Source: Takakia lepidozioides
Taxonomy: Eukaryota > Plantae > Bryophyta
Direction: 5' to 3'
Assembly (NCBI GenBank): GCA_030704615.1
Contig: CM060732.1
Location: 13,268,001 to 13,332,000, forward strand
Length of the DNA stretch: 64,000 nucleotides
Below the pieces are notes generated by a model. The model made no database searches, was not told the origin of the DNA, and worked only from the letters and a program-made list of their open reading frames with translations. The stretch's first letter is position 1, and each line of letters begins with the position of its first letter. Positions 1 through 11,199 of the stretch are shown piece by piece. A program made the translations under genes and the position numbers.

Positions 1-519
1 GTTCAAGGTTTCTGGACTTGGACCTCGGTCGCGAAGGCGTTTCTGCCACCATTGTTGAGCATAGCCCCTCAAATAGGTGGGAGCCACTTCCACCCGATCC
101 TCGTCACTTAACTTGGCCGCCCGGAAGTACTGCTCTAGCTCCAAGAGCCAGGTGTTGAGTGCCTTCCGATTTCGGACGCCCTCGAAGGTGCCGGGTTCCT
201 TAGGCTTCACCTTAAACTTTGCCTTAGTGGAAGTGGCATTAGCCGCCCTCAACACGTCTTTTAGCGTCCCGCCAAACTGCGCCAACAACCCTTCCCAAAA
301 GGCTGCCGGCATGGGAGGCATCTGTTGGTCGGTCGCAGCTCTCACGGATTCCTCGGACTCCGACTCCTCGGATTCCTCCCGCTCTTGAGCGGCCTCGTTT
401 TTGGAAACGTGCATCGCTCCCTCAAACGGCCGCCTCGGTGACACGTCGCCCCCATCGGGCTCACCAGGATCATCATCTTTTGGGCCGTTCCGCTTTCGCT
501 TTGGCTTGCCCGACCCCAT
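1..519 (-). CDS. gag: Ty3/gypsy gag, N-terminal part (element A; runs off the window's left edge)
   Basis: Manual minus-strand translation from ATG at 519: MGSGKPKRKRNGPK...KVKPKEPGTFEGVRNRKALNTWLLELEQYFRAAKLSDEDRVEVAPTYLRGYAQQWWQKR, a typical retrotransposon gag pattern (PxxFxGxR...W). Lies just downstream of the PBS. Confidence 0.85.
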   Translation of the reverse strand, partial: MGSGKPKRKRNGPKDDDPGEPDGGDVSPRRPFEGAMHVSKNEAAQEREESEESESEESVRAATDQQMPPMPAAFWEGLLAQFGGTLKDVLRAANATSTKAKFKVKPKEPGTFEGVRNRKALNTWLLELEQYFRAAKLSDEDRVEVAPTYLRGYAQQWWQKRLRDRGPSPETLN

Positions 520-560
520 GATGAGGCCAATCCCAAGGACGATCGCGTACTGAACTCTAA

Positions 561-572
561 GCTCTGATACCA
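561..572 (-). promoter_or_regulatory. Primer binding site (tRNA-iMet) of element A
   Basis: gctctgatacca is the reverse complement of TGGTATCAGAGC and lies 2 bp from the LTR end. Confidence 0.9.
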
Positions 573-574
573 AG

Positions 575-1303
575 TGTCACGCACCTCACTTCGGTAAGCT
601 CCCCTTCAAGTCATAGATACTCGCTTTGATGCGCGCGCCTGACTCCCAACCTGGCTGCCCGGGCCAACTTGGAGCTTCGGCTGCTCACCGGGACATAACG
701 GTCCCCCCTTTGCTCTCCCACTAAACCCTCCACCTATTTGGGCCTAGTGGAATTCCCTTTGGTTGATGGCAGTCCGGAACAGCTCCCCACTCTTTGGTCG
801 TTTTCCGACTCGCACGCTTACTCACTAGCTTTTGGTCACCAACGGGCTTGCACCGTTCTCGGGGTTACTACTCCCTATATATACTTCTGTAGCTGTCCGC
901 AGGGGTTTCACAACCAGCCATGCCATTTTATGGCGAACCACCACGAAAACCCTCGACTCCCGGTGATGAGTCGCGGTGAGTCTTGGCCCACTCACCACGA
1001 CCCCTATGGACCGTGATGAGTCCCAAGACTCCCCACGACTCCCACCACGAGGTCTCCGCCCCCATGGTGAGTCCTATGCCACCCCCACTAAGTCCCGCTA
1101 AGCTACCACCACCCCTTGTGGAGCCACCCCCACCGCAACCCGGTGTGCGGGGCTCCACCTAGTGAGCGCCTCCGCCTCCTTGAGTGCCTTGGGCACTCAA
1201 GGGTGCTTTAGCCCCCCCATACCTATCGCTGCCGCTGCCCCCACCACAGGGGCAGCCCCTCATGTGTCTCGACCCCCTGCCCTTAAGGCAAAGGGCCGTG
1301 ACA
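575..1303 (-). mobile_element. 5' LTR (729 bp) of gypsy element A, inserted into the RT of element B
   Basis: 7-bp inverted termini TGTCACG...CGTGACA; adjacent PBS; TATA-like tatatata near 876-883; the RT frame of element B resumes right after 1303. Confidence 0.85.
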
Positions 1304-3717
1304 TTTAGTGCTACGGTGGAGGAGCATGAGAGACACCTTCAGGGGGTATTTGAGCGCTTGAGGGCGCACGGATTGAAGTTACATCCGGGAAAGTGCAAGT
1401 TTTTCCACAACCAGATTGAGTATCTGGGTCACATGATATATCCTGGAGGATTGGGGGTACATCAGACTAAGGTAGAGTCCATTGCACAGGTTCCACGCCC
1501 CACGGATGTGAGCCGAGTTCGAGCTTTCATGGGGTTAGCAAACTATTACAGACGGTTTGTTAAGGGATTTAGTGCCATTGCAAAGGCTCTAACCAAGCTG
1601 ACCAAGGTGGACCAGGAGTGGCAGTGGGAAGATGAGCAAGAACAAGCTTTTGAAGAGCTCAAGGCGAGGTTGACCTCGGCACCCATCTTGAGACGACCTA
1701 TCAGGGGGCGTCCTTTTCAGCTGCATACAGATTGGAGCATGCTGGGGCTTGGAGCAGTGCTCTTACAGGTGGATGATGAGGGAAGAGAGTTCGTAGTGGC
1801 TTATGCTAGCCGCTCGAACAATGCTGCAGAGTCTAAGTATAGCTCATATGAGGGAGAATGCTTAGCTGCAGTGTGGGCCGTGGCACACTTCAAGTGCTAT
1901 CTATACGGCAATCTCTTCACCCTTGTCACGGATCACCAACCACTCAAGTGGTTGATGGAGTCAGACAAGGTTACGGGGATGCTTGCACGGTAGGCACTCA
2001 TCCTTCAAGAGTATGACTTTCAGGTGGTGCATCGACCGGGTTTAGTCAATCGCAATGCAGATGGGTTGAGTCGCAATCCATGCACGAGCCAGCAGGATGA
2101 CACTGGAGCTCGGTGGCATGGTGAGACGGACGAGGAGATGGTGCCCGGATGACATGCATCTGCATTTCTGTGTATCTTGGTAGCGGAAGGCCAGGTTGGA
2201 CCTGCAACAGGGATGACTATAGATCAAGTGTCTGAGGACCCTGAGGCCAGCAATGAGCAAGGTGGCGCCAAAGATATACATGAGGATTCAGTTGTGTTGG
2301 ACTACCTCCGCACTGGAGACACTGCAGCCACTGTGACTGCCAAGGAGAGGGATCGGATCCTACAACGAGCCAAGAGGTTCAAGTGGGAGGGGACACACCT
2401 GCTCCGAGTGTGGGAGGATGGTCGAGTGAGGATTGTGCCTCACCCAACACAGCGGGCACAGTTAGTGCGGCATGCCCATGAGGAGTTGGGGCATTTTGGG
2501 GTGCGACGCACTCATAGTCTACTGCAGGGGCAGTATTGGTGGCGTGGTATGCACACAGAGGTGCAACAATTTGTGGCTAGGTGCATGGTGTGTGACAGGG
2601 TGCGTGCTTCATTCAACGCCCCTACTCCACAATTGCATCCTCTTCCGATCATGGGATTGGGCTACAGGTGGAGTCTTGACTTCGCAGGGCCGTTGCCACT
2701 GACCATGCGCCACAACAAGTACGTGTTGGTGATGGTGGAGCACTTCTCCAAGTGGATTGAATTGGTTCCATTGCCTGATAAGGCTAGTGAGGGAGCTGCG
2801 TATGCATTCTTGGATTGTGTGCTTAGCCGATTCGGTGCTCCAGCTGAGGTACTCACAGACCAAGGGAGAGAGTTCTTGGGGGAGTTTCAGGTTTTGTGTG
2901 ACAAGGCCTTGATAGACCACCGCACCACTTCTCGGGATCATCCTGAGGCCGATGGCTTGGCAGAGAGAGTTGTTCAGACAGTAAAGAGGGATTTGCGCAA
3001 GTATGGCTTGCAGAAAGGACACCTAGGAGATTGGGACCTTCAGTTACCCTGGTTAGCCATGGACTACAGGTTCAGCAAGCAAGCATCACTTGCCTCTTTC
3101 TCACCATACTTTCTTCTCTTTGGCCGAGAGCCGGATTTGCCTACATCCATTCGCAGAGAAGCTGCTACAGTTCTTAACCTTGACGATCCGGACGTGTGGG
3201 CACGTGCATGTGAGCAGCGTGCAGAGTTGTTCAAGAGAGTCATGCCCATGGCTTTCAAGAACCTTGCCATTGCACAACACCATGAACGTTGAGGTATGCT
3301 ACCATACGTGGTGGGGGCTATCGTCCTGGGGTTCGGAGATTCAACCTTGGTGACTATGTCTATCTGCAGCAAACTGCTCCTACGACCTTTGATGTGACTG
3401 TAGGACGTGTTATTTTGAGGGTTCGAGAGGTCTTGCCCTCAGGCGTCTTGGTCTTGGAGGGTCGGGATGGCATAACTTGGAAGGACCATGTGCGTAATTG
3501 TGTGCCATGTCACCTTCCAAATGTCGATGGCAGGATAGACCCAAACTTGGCAGTGGTATCTACAGGTTTGAGGTGCATGTTGTGTGGGTCTGCTAGAGGA
3601 GCAGCCACCATGCTGGTGTGTGATCGATGCTCTAGAGGTTGGCATATGGGATGCTTGACTCCACCTCTTGAGATGGTTCCGGATGGGGATTGGTTATGTC
3701 CACATTGCATTGGATAG
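1304..3717 (+). pseudogene. pol: Ty3/gypsy pol (RT C-terminus, RNase H, integrase, C-terminal PHD finger) of element B, with stops and a frameshift
   Basis: RT: KCKFF..IEYLGH, FMGLANYYRRFV. RNase H: LHTDWS..GLGAVL, VTDHQPL. Integrase: HHCC (HEELGH..CMVC), SLDFAGP, VLTDQGREF, GLAER. PHD: CMLC..LVCDRCSRGWHMGCLTPPL..VPDGDWLCPHC. Stops near 1991 and 2150; frameshift near 3290. Confidence 0.92.
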
Positions 3718-3977
3718 TGGGAGTGGATACAACCATGGAAGGCTAACAAGAAACGCAAGGCCCAGCTACTAGGAGACCTTGAACACACGAGGTCCTGGCT
3801 CAAGTTCACAGATTGCAAGACGACGACTAACGATGGGGCTACTCTTGTACCCGACCTCTTGGTCTATAGGGTTTGAGTGCAATAGGGACAGTGATAGAGG
3901 ACTTAGTACGGCTGTGGCTATTACATCTTGTAGCTATCTGGAGGTAGAGGGACCTATCCACCAGCTAGGGGGGCGAT

Positions 3978-4505
3978 TGTGGTAGACTACTTTATTGTGC
4001 ATATATGTGTGGTGTGGTTTGGACAGCGATGTAGTTGTGTAGCGATATGTATGCGCACGACAGCTGTCAAGTTAAATAAGCACAGTGTGAAAACAACTAG
4101 AATAAAGCTAGTTATTTGTATTTAACACTTGGATTTAGGTCAAGTGTTAAATCAGGTGTCAAGTTTAGTTTGACACCTGAACCGCCTTATCTTCACGAGA
4201 GCGGCAGTCGCGCAGCTCATCTCTCTCGAGTTGAGCCTGCGCGACCGAGCTCCTTCATGCGTTTAGATTTGAGTGTGCTTATGATGGGAGTGTAGGTTGT
4301 TGTGGGGTGGAGTCCCCATAGCTTGGGGTGCCCCTGGCTCGACTTCTGTTTTAAAGAGTGATAGCGATGGATTCATGTTGTTTCTGGTGTGAGCAGTGTG
4401 TTTTCTAGTTTTCTTATCATTGTGGTAGACTACTTTATTGTGCATATATGTGTGGTGTGGTTTGGACAACGATGTAGTTGTGTAGCGATATGTATGCGCA
4501 CGACA
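3978..4505 (+). mobile_element. 3' LTR of gypsy element B with an 85-bp direct repeat at both ends
   Basis: Polypurine tract at about 3967-3976 precedes TGTGGTAG; 3978-4062 and 4421-4505 are identical except for one base; ends in ...CACGACA. Confidence 0.7.
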
Positions 4506-4519
4506 TAGGTCTCTCTGGC

Positions 4520-4800
4520 GAAAAATGGTGCCGAATTCCGCGGCTATAGGTCCCCTCATGACAGGTAATTCGGCGCCATTTTTCCAGTACATGTTCGGAC
4601 TTAGCCAGTTTTCGGCGAAACATAGGGAAATTCGGCGCCATTTTTCCAGACACTGTACCAGTGCATGTTGGGACTTAGCCAGTTTTCGGCCCAAAAAAGA
4701 GAAATTCGGCGCCATTTTTCCAGACACGGTACCAGTGCATGTTGGAACTTAGCCAGTTTTCGGCCCCAAAAAGAGAAATTCGGCGCCATTTTCCCAGAAA
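4520..4800. repeat. About 4 x 59-bp tandem subterminal repeats of the MULE (core GAAATTCGGCGCCATTTTTCCAG)
   Basis: Directly visible tandem units sharing the AAATTCGGCGCC core with the palindromes at 8.8-10.4 kb. Confidence 0.85.
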
Positions 4801-4961
4801 TGGCCCCACAACTGCTTCTGTTGGATCTCAGTTTGAATGGAATATTGTCTCATTTCAGGAGTTTTCGGGTGCATTTCATTACACTGCAAAAAAAAGTCCG
4901 ATACAGCAAAATGCAATTGAAAATATCCATATGGAGGATTCCCTTTGCCCCATCAATGATT

Positions 4962-7900
4962 TCAGGAATCCCTAAGGAGGAGTTTGTGCAGCTCGTTCAC
5001 GCTCAACGTCGGTGCATGAATAAAGTCATCAATAGTCACGTTCATCCTCAACCTCTTCAGGTAAATGTAATACAGATGCTTGCACGGATAATACTTCGAA
5101 CCCTTCTTTGCTTCCATCAACGAGAAGTCCGTACAATTGCAAGTCAGCTCCACTTCAATCGTAATTGTGTATACATCGTCGCGTACAGCCGAGCCGGCCG
5201 TTGCCATCCGATACACACGCCCCAGGCCGGGTGGGGGTACGTCCACGGAGCTCTGAATAGTGCAAGCCATCCCAAGAGGATTGGCAATCCGAGTCTCATT
5301 CAACTTGTTGGGAGGGTGTCGTCTCTTCACTCTTCCGAATCGCATTGTGGGATGTGCAGAATTGTCCAATCCATCTCTACTGGACCGAGCAGTCTGCAAT
5401 GGCTGGGTCTGAGGAACCGGAAATGCATGGGCCGGGATGTCTGTGCGTTGCACCATTCAAAATCCTGCTGCAGATAGAGCATCCGCCTCATTCTGAGAGA
5501 GGCTGCAACCCGGTGCAACAGGCCAGACGCCCGGAGGCTCCGGCATTCCCTGAATCCCGTACTTGGGCTTGCCAAATACACAGGTCATTATGTCGTGCCT
5601 ACAGAACCAAATGTCTACGTTGTGGCGTGAGCAAATGTGAGAGTCAAAAATCTGCCGCTGAAACAAGGTGCAGGTACAGCACCGTGTGGGTTCCTCCGAA
5701 TCATCTCACCACAGCGTGCTCTCGTATCCACCCGGATGGCGCAGCACTTCCCTCGAAATGCCGGCAATGTCCTCGCAATTCTCCACTGTGACTCCGACAC
5801 TCTTGTCTCCACAATGGGAATGTTGTACTGCTTTACTACAGATGGCTCGTTATGTTGCCGGGGCACGCACCCTGTGCTCAAAGGAGATGGCGATCTTGAA
5901 CGTGCAGGACTTGCGGTGCTCGACGAGACCTCCTCGGGCAACATCACCAGACCACGAGGGAGCGTGCGAATATTCTTGTCAGCTCGCCATGAATCCTATT
6001 CTCCGCCAGGTGCCTCGTCAAGTCTTCGTCTCACTGGACGGGTATGAACATCTCCTTCCAAATGTTGGCCTCTTCGCAGCAAAGGCGTGTCCCGAAGGCC
6101 CTCTCGCAAGGCCGCCGCCCACTTCCGAGGATTCTTCGATCTAGAGGCAGTCCGCATCAGCATTTCCTACCTGTTCGGCCCTAAGCCCCACTGTTTCCCT
6201 TTCAAGAACTTGTTGTACCTGCATTGCTGCATAATTGACCTCACAATATCCTCCGTTGTGGCAGTGAGGATGTCCACCAGATGCGCCGCAGAGGAGGCAC
6301 GCCAGGAAGAGTGCACTGATTCGGCCATGTTTGTCGTGGGCATGTCGGTGTCGGAGTCGAGACATATTTCCTGCACAAGCACATGTTGAGGTTACAAGCA
6401 AGTTACAAATATGGCCAAGAATAATATTCAACGGGACGCGAATTCGTGCAACTCACCTCCCGCATATAGTCGCCGAACTGGAGGAAACGATAATGCCACC
6501 ATGCTAGCCAACTGACCATTGCTCCCTCGTCTGATTTCCTTACAGCACCTGATGATGTCCACCAAGCCCGTATACATGCAAACTGTGTCTCTGCATCATC
6601 CAAGGTGGGAGCGCGCTTCCACGCAAGGCACATGGAACGGTGCTCCTCTCTGAAATCTGGCGCCACGAGCCTGGTTGTGTACTGCGAAAGGCTCTGCAGA
6701 AAATGGAACCCACAAGATCTCTCCTTGCCTTCCATGGGAACATTGGGGTCTTGCCCGTACACCCTTCGGATGGCAGCCCAATTTGCTTGTGCGTTGTCCG
6801 CCATGAAACCACGGAAATTGGGAGGGGGCAATCCCGCCTTGGCCATCTGTTTGTTTATTCCCTGCCAAAGAAGCATCTCTGATTGTGTGTCCTCTTCTTT
6901 CATCTCACAAATAGCAATTGTCATTAGCATCCTGCAGTGGGTGTCGTAGACATGTGCACCCATTGTCACCCACTGGTGATTTGTAATTCGCTTGATATGG
7001 TCGAACATGACCCAACTGTTTGACAAGTCCCCACTCGTCATCCTGTCAACCAGTTCGACGCCGCTGCCAGGTCCACACGTGGACATTTTGAATACGAAAC
7101 AACGATCTGCCTCAGTCCCTTGTCCTGGAAACCTACTTCCATGAATGTAGTCATATCCACATCGTCGCTTCACCTCCAGAATGGAGTGCATATCCGAGCC
7201 ACGCCCAATTTTCTGTTTGCATGAGACAATGTGGTTTTGGACATTCGATGAACATACGTGGGACACCGACTCCAGCAATGCCTCCATTTCCTTCTCATCG
7301 AGAGGAACTCTATTGGAGCCATCTTCCGACATAATTCTGGCCAATGCCATCTTATGGGCGGCTTGGAGCTGTATCTGTTTGGGTTTGGCACCCGGTCTCA
7401 ACTTAACCTCCTCCTGAACGAGCTGCTCTGCCTCGTGGGCAGCCTCCCACGAGTTCCCCCTCGCCAATTTGTGACAATGGGAACCAACGTGTATGCAAGC
7501 TCGGGTGAGGTCAGGGAAACGGTGCAACACATAGAACTGCTTGGCATTACAAACAGACATGCAGTGTGGTGGTTCTTTGCAATGCGCACACTTAAATGTG
7601 GAGTTCGGAACCTTCTCCTGAGCTCAAAATGGTTGATGAGCTGTGCCTGTCCAATCGGTCTCGTTCCTGTGACCTCTGGATTTCAAGTGGAAGCAAGTTG
7701 GGGAGAAACACCGCAACGCGCCCGCACAAACAATGTAGCGCACCCGCACACCATCGAGCATCTTCATGCTGGTGGTTTTGGTAACGCACCAAGGATGACC
7801 GTCATGTTTTCTATCCATATCTGTCAACATTCCGGACGCCCTCGAGTAGTCCGCCCGAGGAGGGAACTCAAAGAAGATATTACCGTCGACGTCGGCGGGA

Positions 7901-8481
7901 AGGCATGTAACCGATTTAATTGCGAACTTGCTGTAGTCCAGCCCGGCCAGCTCCGACCGGTGTCCCTCCAGGTGAAGCCCTCGCAGAATTTCAAGAATAG
8001 ATCGAACTGCGGTGCTCGTGCTGGGAATATGACTCCCTCCTCCACTGACGTCCATTGAGGACTTGCCTGATCTCCAGGACGACCTCGGAACTTCCATGAC
8101 CTCGTCTGAGTCGGACAGGTTGTGAACAACCCGGTTCTCGCTCGTCTTCATGGATGGGTTCGGCTCTAGATTTACTTCGTTGCAGACTTCTCTCTTTGAG
8201 GTAGCCACTCTCTGATTCGCGGATTGTTTTGTGGAAGGCGCCAGGATAGAAGGTGCATTTGGTGTGCAAATGAAGTCCCCAACAGCCCTGTATATGACGC
8301 TGTCCGATGGTGGAACTCGCCATTCCTTGCCATCGCCGAAATCATCGTGGAGCACAACAATACTCTCGACAACAAGGCCGTTTGAGTCCTTCTTTTCCTC
8401 CTCCAAAAAACCGACCCCGGTTTCAGGTGGTATCGAACGCACAGATATTTCTCCATCACCCGGCAGATGTCCCCTCTGCAC
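4962..8481 (-). pseudogene. MULE DDE transposase with N-terminal WRKY/GCM1-like Zn domain and C-terminal SWIM finger
   Basis: Cys/His N-terminal region DGHPW..CAGALRC..CAHC..C..HVGSHCH; catalytic motifs VMFDH, FMADNAQA, ERSCGFH (CxxH) and TTNMAES; SWIM LTCNCTDF..PCKHLYYI. In-frame stops at 7624-7626 and near 6167; GT-AG intron at about 6371-6456. Confidence 0.82.
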
Positions 8482-8844
8482 GGAAATGAAGCTCTATGCT
8501 CGTGAGGAGGGCAGTACAGTGTAGCGCTCGGGTTTTCCACCATGGGAGATGTGCACACAAGACTGCCAGGATGGCGTGCGGGGAAGCTCCCTGGTAGAAG
8601 GGGGATGCAGCGATGGGAAGGAATGCGGTGCCGATTTGTCCGAGCGACGAAGCCTGATCCAAATCCAGGGAGCCAACTATCTCAAAAATCCACAGTCAGA
8701 GTGTTAATGAACCTTGTCTCCGGAATGCGGCCCCTGGTCTTTGCGCAATAACTGCCAACGGTATGCAGTCAGAAAGTGGGGGGCCGTCCGGATGATGTCG
8801 GCTGAAGGGGAGAAGCCGGCACTGTGCCGTCACATTACTACCCC

Positions 8845-10430
8845 CGAATGGAAATTCGGCACCCAATATCCAACAGGGGCCGCACGGATGAAGTCGTTTG
8901 GGGCAGAGATGCCGGCACCTGTCCGACAGAGAACATCCCCCGGATGGAAATTCAGCGCCGAATTTCCATTCGGATCCCCCCAAAGGATCCATCTGGCCCT
9001 CACATTACAACCCCCGGACGGAAATTCGGCACCGAATATACAACAGGGGAAGCCCGGATGAAGTTGCCTCGGGCGCAGAGGCCGGCGCGCCTGGATGGAG
9101 ATTCGGCGCCGAATTTCCATCCGGGCCCCCCCAAAGGAAGTCGTGTCGAGGGGTCAGGCCAAAAACTGGCCGACATAAAAACCTCCCCAGATGGAAAAAC
9201 GGCGCCGAATTTCCATCCGGGGCAGTTCGGATGCAGTCGGGGAGGGGGGAGAGGCCGGCACCTGGCCGTCACATTTCAACCCCCGGACGGAAATTCGGCA
9301 CCGAATATCCAACAGGGGACGCCCGGATGAAGTCGCCTCGGGCATAGAGGCCGGCACGTGTTCGACAGAGAGCATCCCCTGGATGGAGATTCGGCGGCGA
9401 ATTTCCATCCGGGCCCCCCCAAAGGAAGTCGTGTCGGGGGGTCAGGCCGAAAACTGGCCGACATAAAAACCTCCCCAGATGGAAAAACGGCGCCGAATTT
9501 CCATCCGGGGCCGTTCCAATGCAGTCGGGGAGGGGGGAGAGGCCGGCACCTGGCCGTCATATTTCAACCCCCGGACGGAAATTCGGCACCGAATATCCAA
9601 CAGAGCGGCGGAGAGGCCGACACCTCTCCGACAGAGACCATCCCCCGGATGGAAATTCGGCGCCGAATTTCCATCGGGGCCGCCTCAAAAGAAGTTGTCA
9701 AAACCTCCCAGAATGGAAAAACGGCGCCGAATTTCCGTCCGAGGCTGTTCCGATTTGCCTCCAGCAGTCAAGGATTCCAAGAAAAACGTGTCTACAAGTG
9801 CACTTCAGCCACAAAACAAACAGTTTAGTTTGTTTTTCTCCGAAAAATCAATCGGACACGCTCAAAATTACCTGCAGGAAGGTAATTCAGCGCTTCGAAA
9901 TACCTGACGAATGGAAATTCCACGCCGAATATCCATACGCCGGCGATCCGACTTACCTGCTGGATGGAAATTCGGCGCCGGATTTCCATCCATCCGCCTC
10001 CGAATTACCTGCGTGAGGGAAATTTGGCGCGCCGCCCTACCTGCGCGGATGGAAATCCGGCGCCGGATTTCCATCCATCCACCTCCGAATTACCTGCGTG
10101 AGGGAAATTTGGCGCGCCGCCCTACCTGCGCGGATGGAAATCCGGCGCCGGATTTCCATCCATCCGCTTCGGAATTAAATGCGTGAGGGAAATTTCGCGC
10201 GCCGCCCTACCTGCGCGGATGTAAATCCGGCGCCGGATTTCCATCCATCCGCCTCCGAATTACCTGCGTGAGGGAAATTTGGCGCGCCGCCCTACCTTGC
10301 AGGATGGAAATTCGGCGCTGAATTTCCATCCTGCTGCGCTCCGAATTACCTGCAGGATGGAAATCCGGCGCCGGATTTCCATCCTGCAGCACTCCGAATT
10401 ACCTCTACGTTGGAAATTCCGGGCCGAGTT
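8845..10430. repeat. Array of about 18 near-perfect 30-bp palindromes (GGATGGAAATTCGGCGCCGAATTTCCATCC)
   Basis: Copies at 96-bp spacing (9093, 9189, 9285, 9381, 9477, 9573) with a 288-bp higher-order unit, then about 85-bp spacing (9962-10302). Confidence 0.92.
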
Positions 10431-10827
10431 CCGTCGTTTTTCATCCGACATGGAGGGCTTCATCCGACATTTAATTGCGCAGTTGGGCAATAAATGTCCA
10501 CCGCTGTCCGTTTTCATTCGGGCTGGCGACACATGGCTTCCTGGATACGTACCCTAAATCTGATGCTAATCTTGGCTTAACATGCTATTCGAGGCATGTA
10601 CCCCAAAAACGGAGATCTTTTTCCATTTTGGCTGGGACTTATGCCGCCTGAAGGGCGTGGCTCTCCTGAGAGAGACCTCACATCCAGACCGCGGCGGAAT
10701 TTGAAAGCTCTGTACTACGGACGACGGCCAATCTCTCGCATGGCCAAACTGAAGCTCCAGCAGGAGATTCCAGTGTCTTGCTCACAACCCGCGCCAACTG
10801 AAGCCGACTACTCTCAGGCAAGCCACT

Positions 10828-10882
10828 TCTGCTTTCGCTTTGTTCGATTTCGCTTTTGCTTTCGCTTTCGCTTTCGCTTTGT
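10828..10882. repeat. (TTTCGC)n-like hexamer repeat
   Basis: gctttcgctttgttcgatttcgcttttgctttcgctttcgctttcgcttt. Confidence 0.7.
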
Positions 10883-11199
10883 TGCCTCGCTTTGTTTTTG
10901 CATCTTCATCCTGGCTTCGCTGGATGAGTGAACCTTAGATAGTTGAGTGAACCTTAGATTGTTTGCAATGCGTGTGCAAATCCGGCAGCTCTGGAGAAGG
11001 CTGCTTGTGCATGTCATTCTCAGGCAATGGTTGCATTTGTTTTCATTGTTGTTGCATGGCTCTCCATACTTCCTAAACTTGTTATGTTTTCATTTTTGTT
11101 ACACGATTGTTGCTATGGTGGTTGCGATGCTGGTTTTGGCACCGATGTTGGTTTTCACGATTTTGGGAATGACAGAGTGACGATGAGCTCGGCACGCTG

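Larger units (their letters stand above)
4506..10554 (-). mobile_element. Mutator/MULE DNA transposon (decayed autonomous type); left terminus probably displaced by the gypsy B insertion
   Basis: Transposase flanked on both sides by repeats with the same core. Right end estimated near ...GATACGTACCC; no TSD pair visible in the window. Confidence 0.7.

Noticed and set aside
1184-1303. Pro-rich N-terminus of ORF 1184..1993
   Set aside because: It is LTR A sequence read in frame by chance into element B's RT.
8845-10430. CRISPR-like repeat-spacer appearance
   Set aside because: Spacers are themselves repeated (96/288/85-bp units), there are no cas genes, and the context is a eukaryotic TE.
8696-10557. 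Many overlapping ORFs on both strands (MEIRRRISI...)
   Set aside because: Artefacts of the stop-poor GC-rich palindromic repeats.
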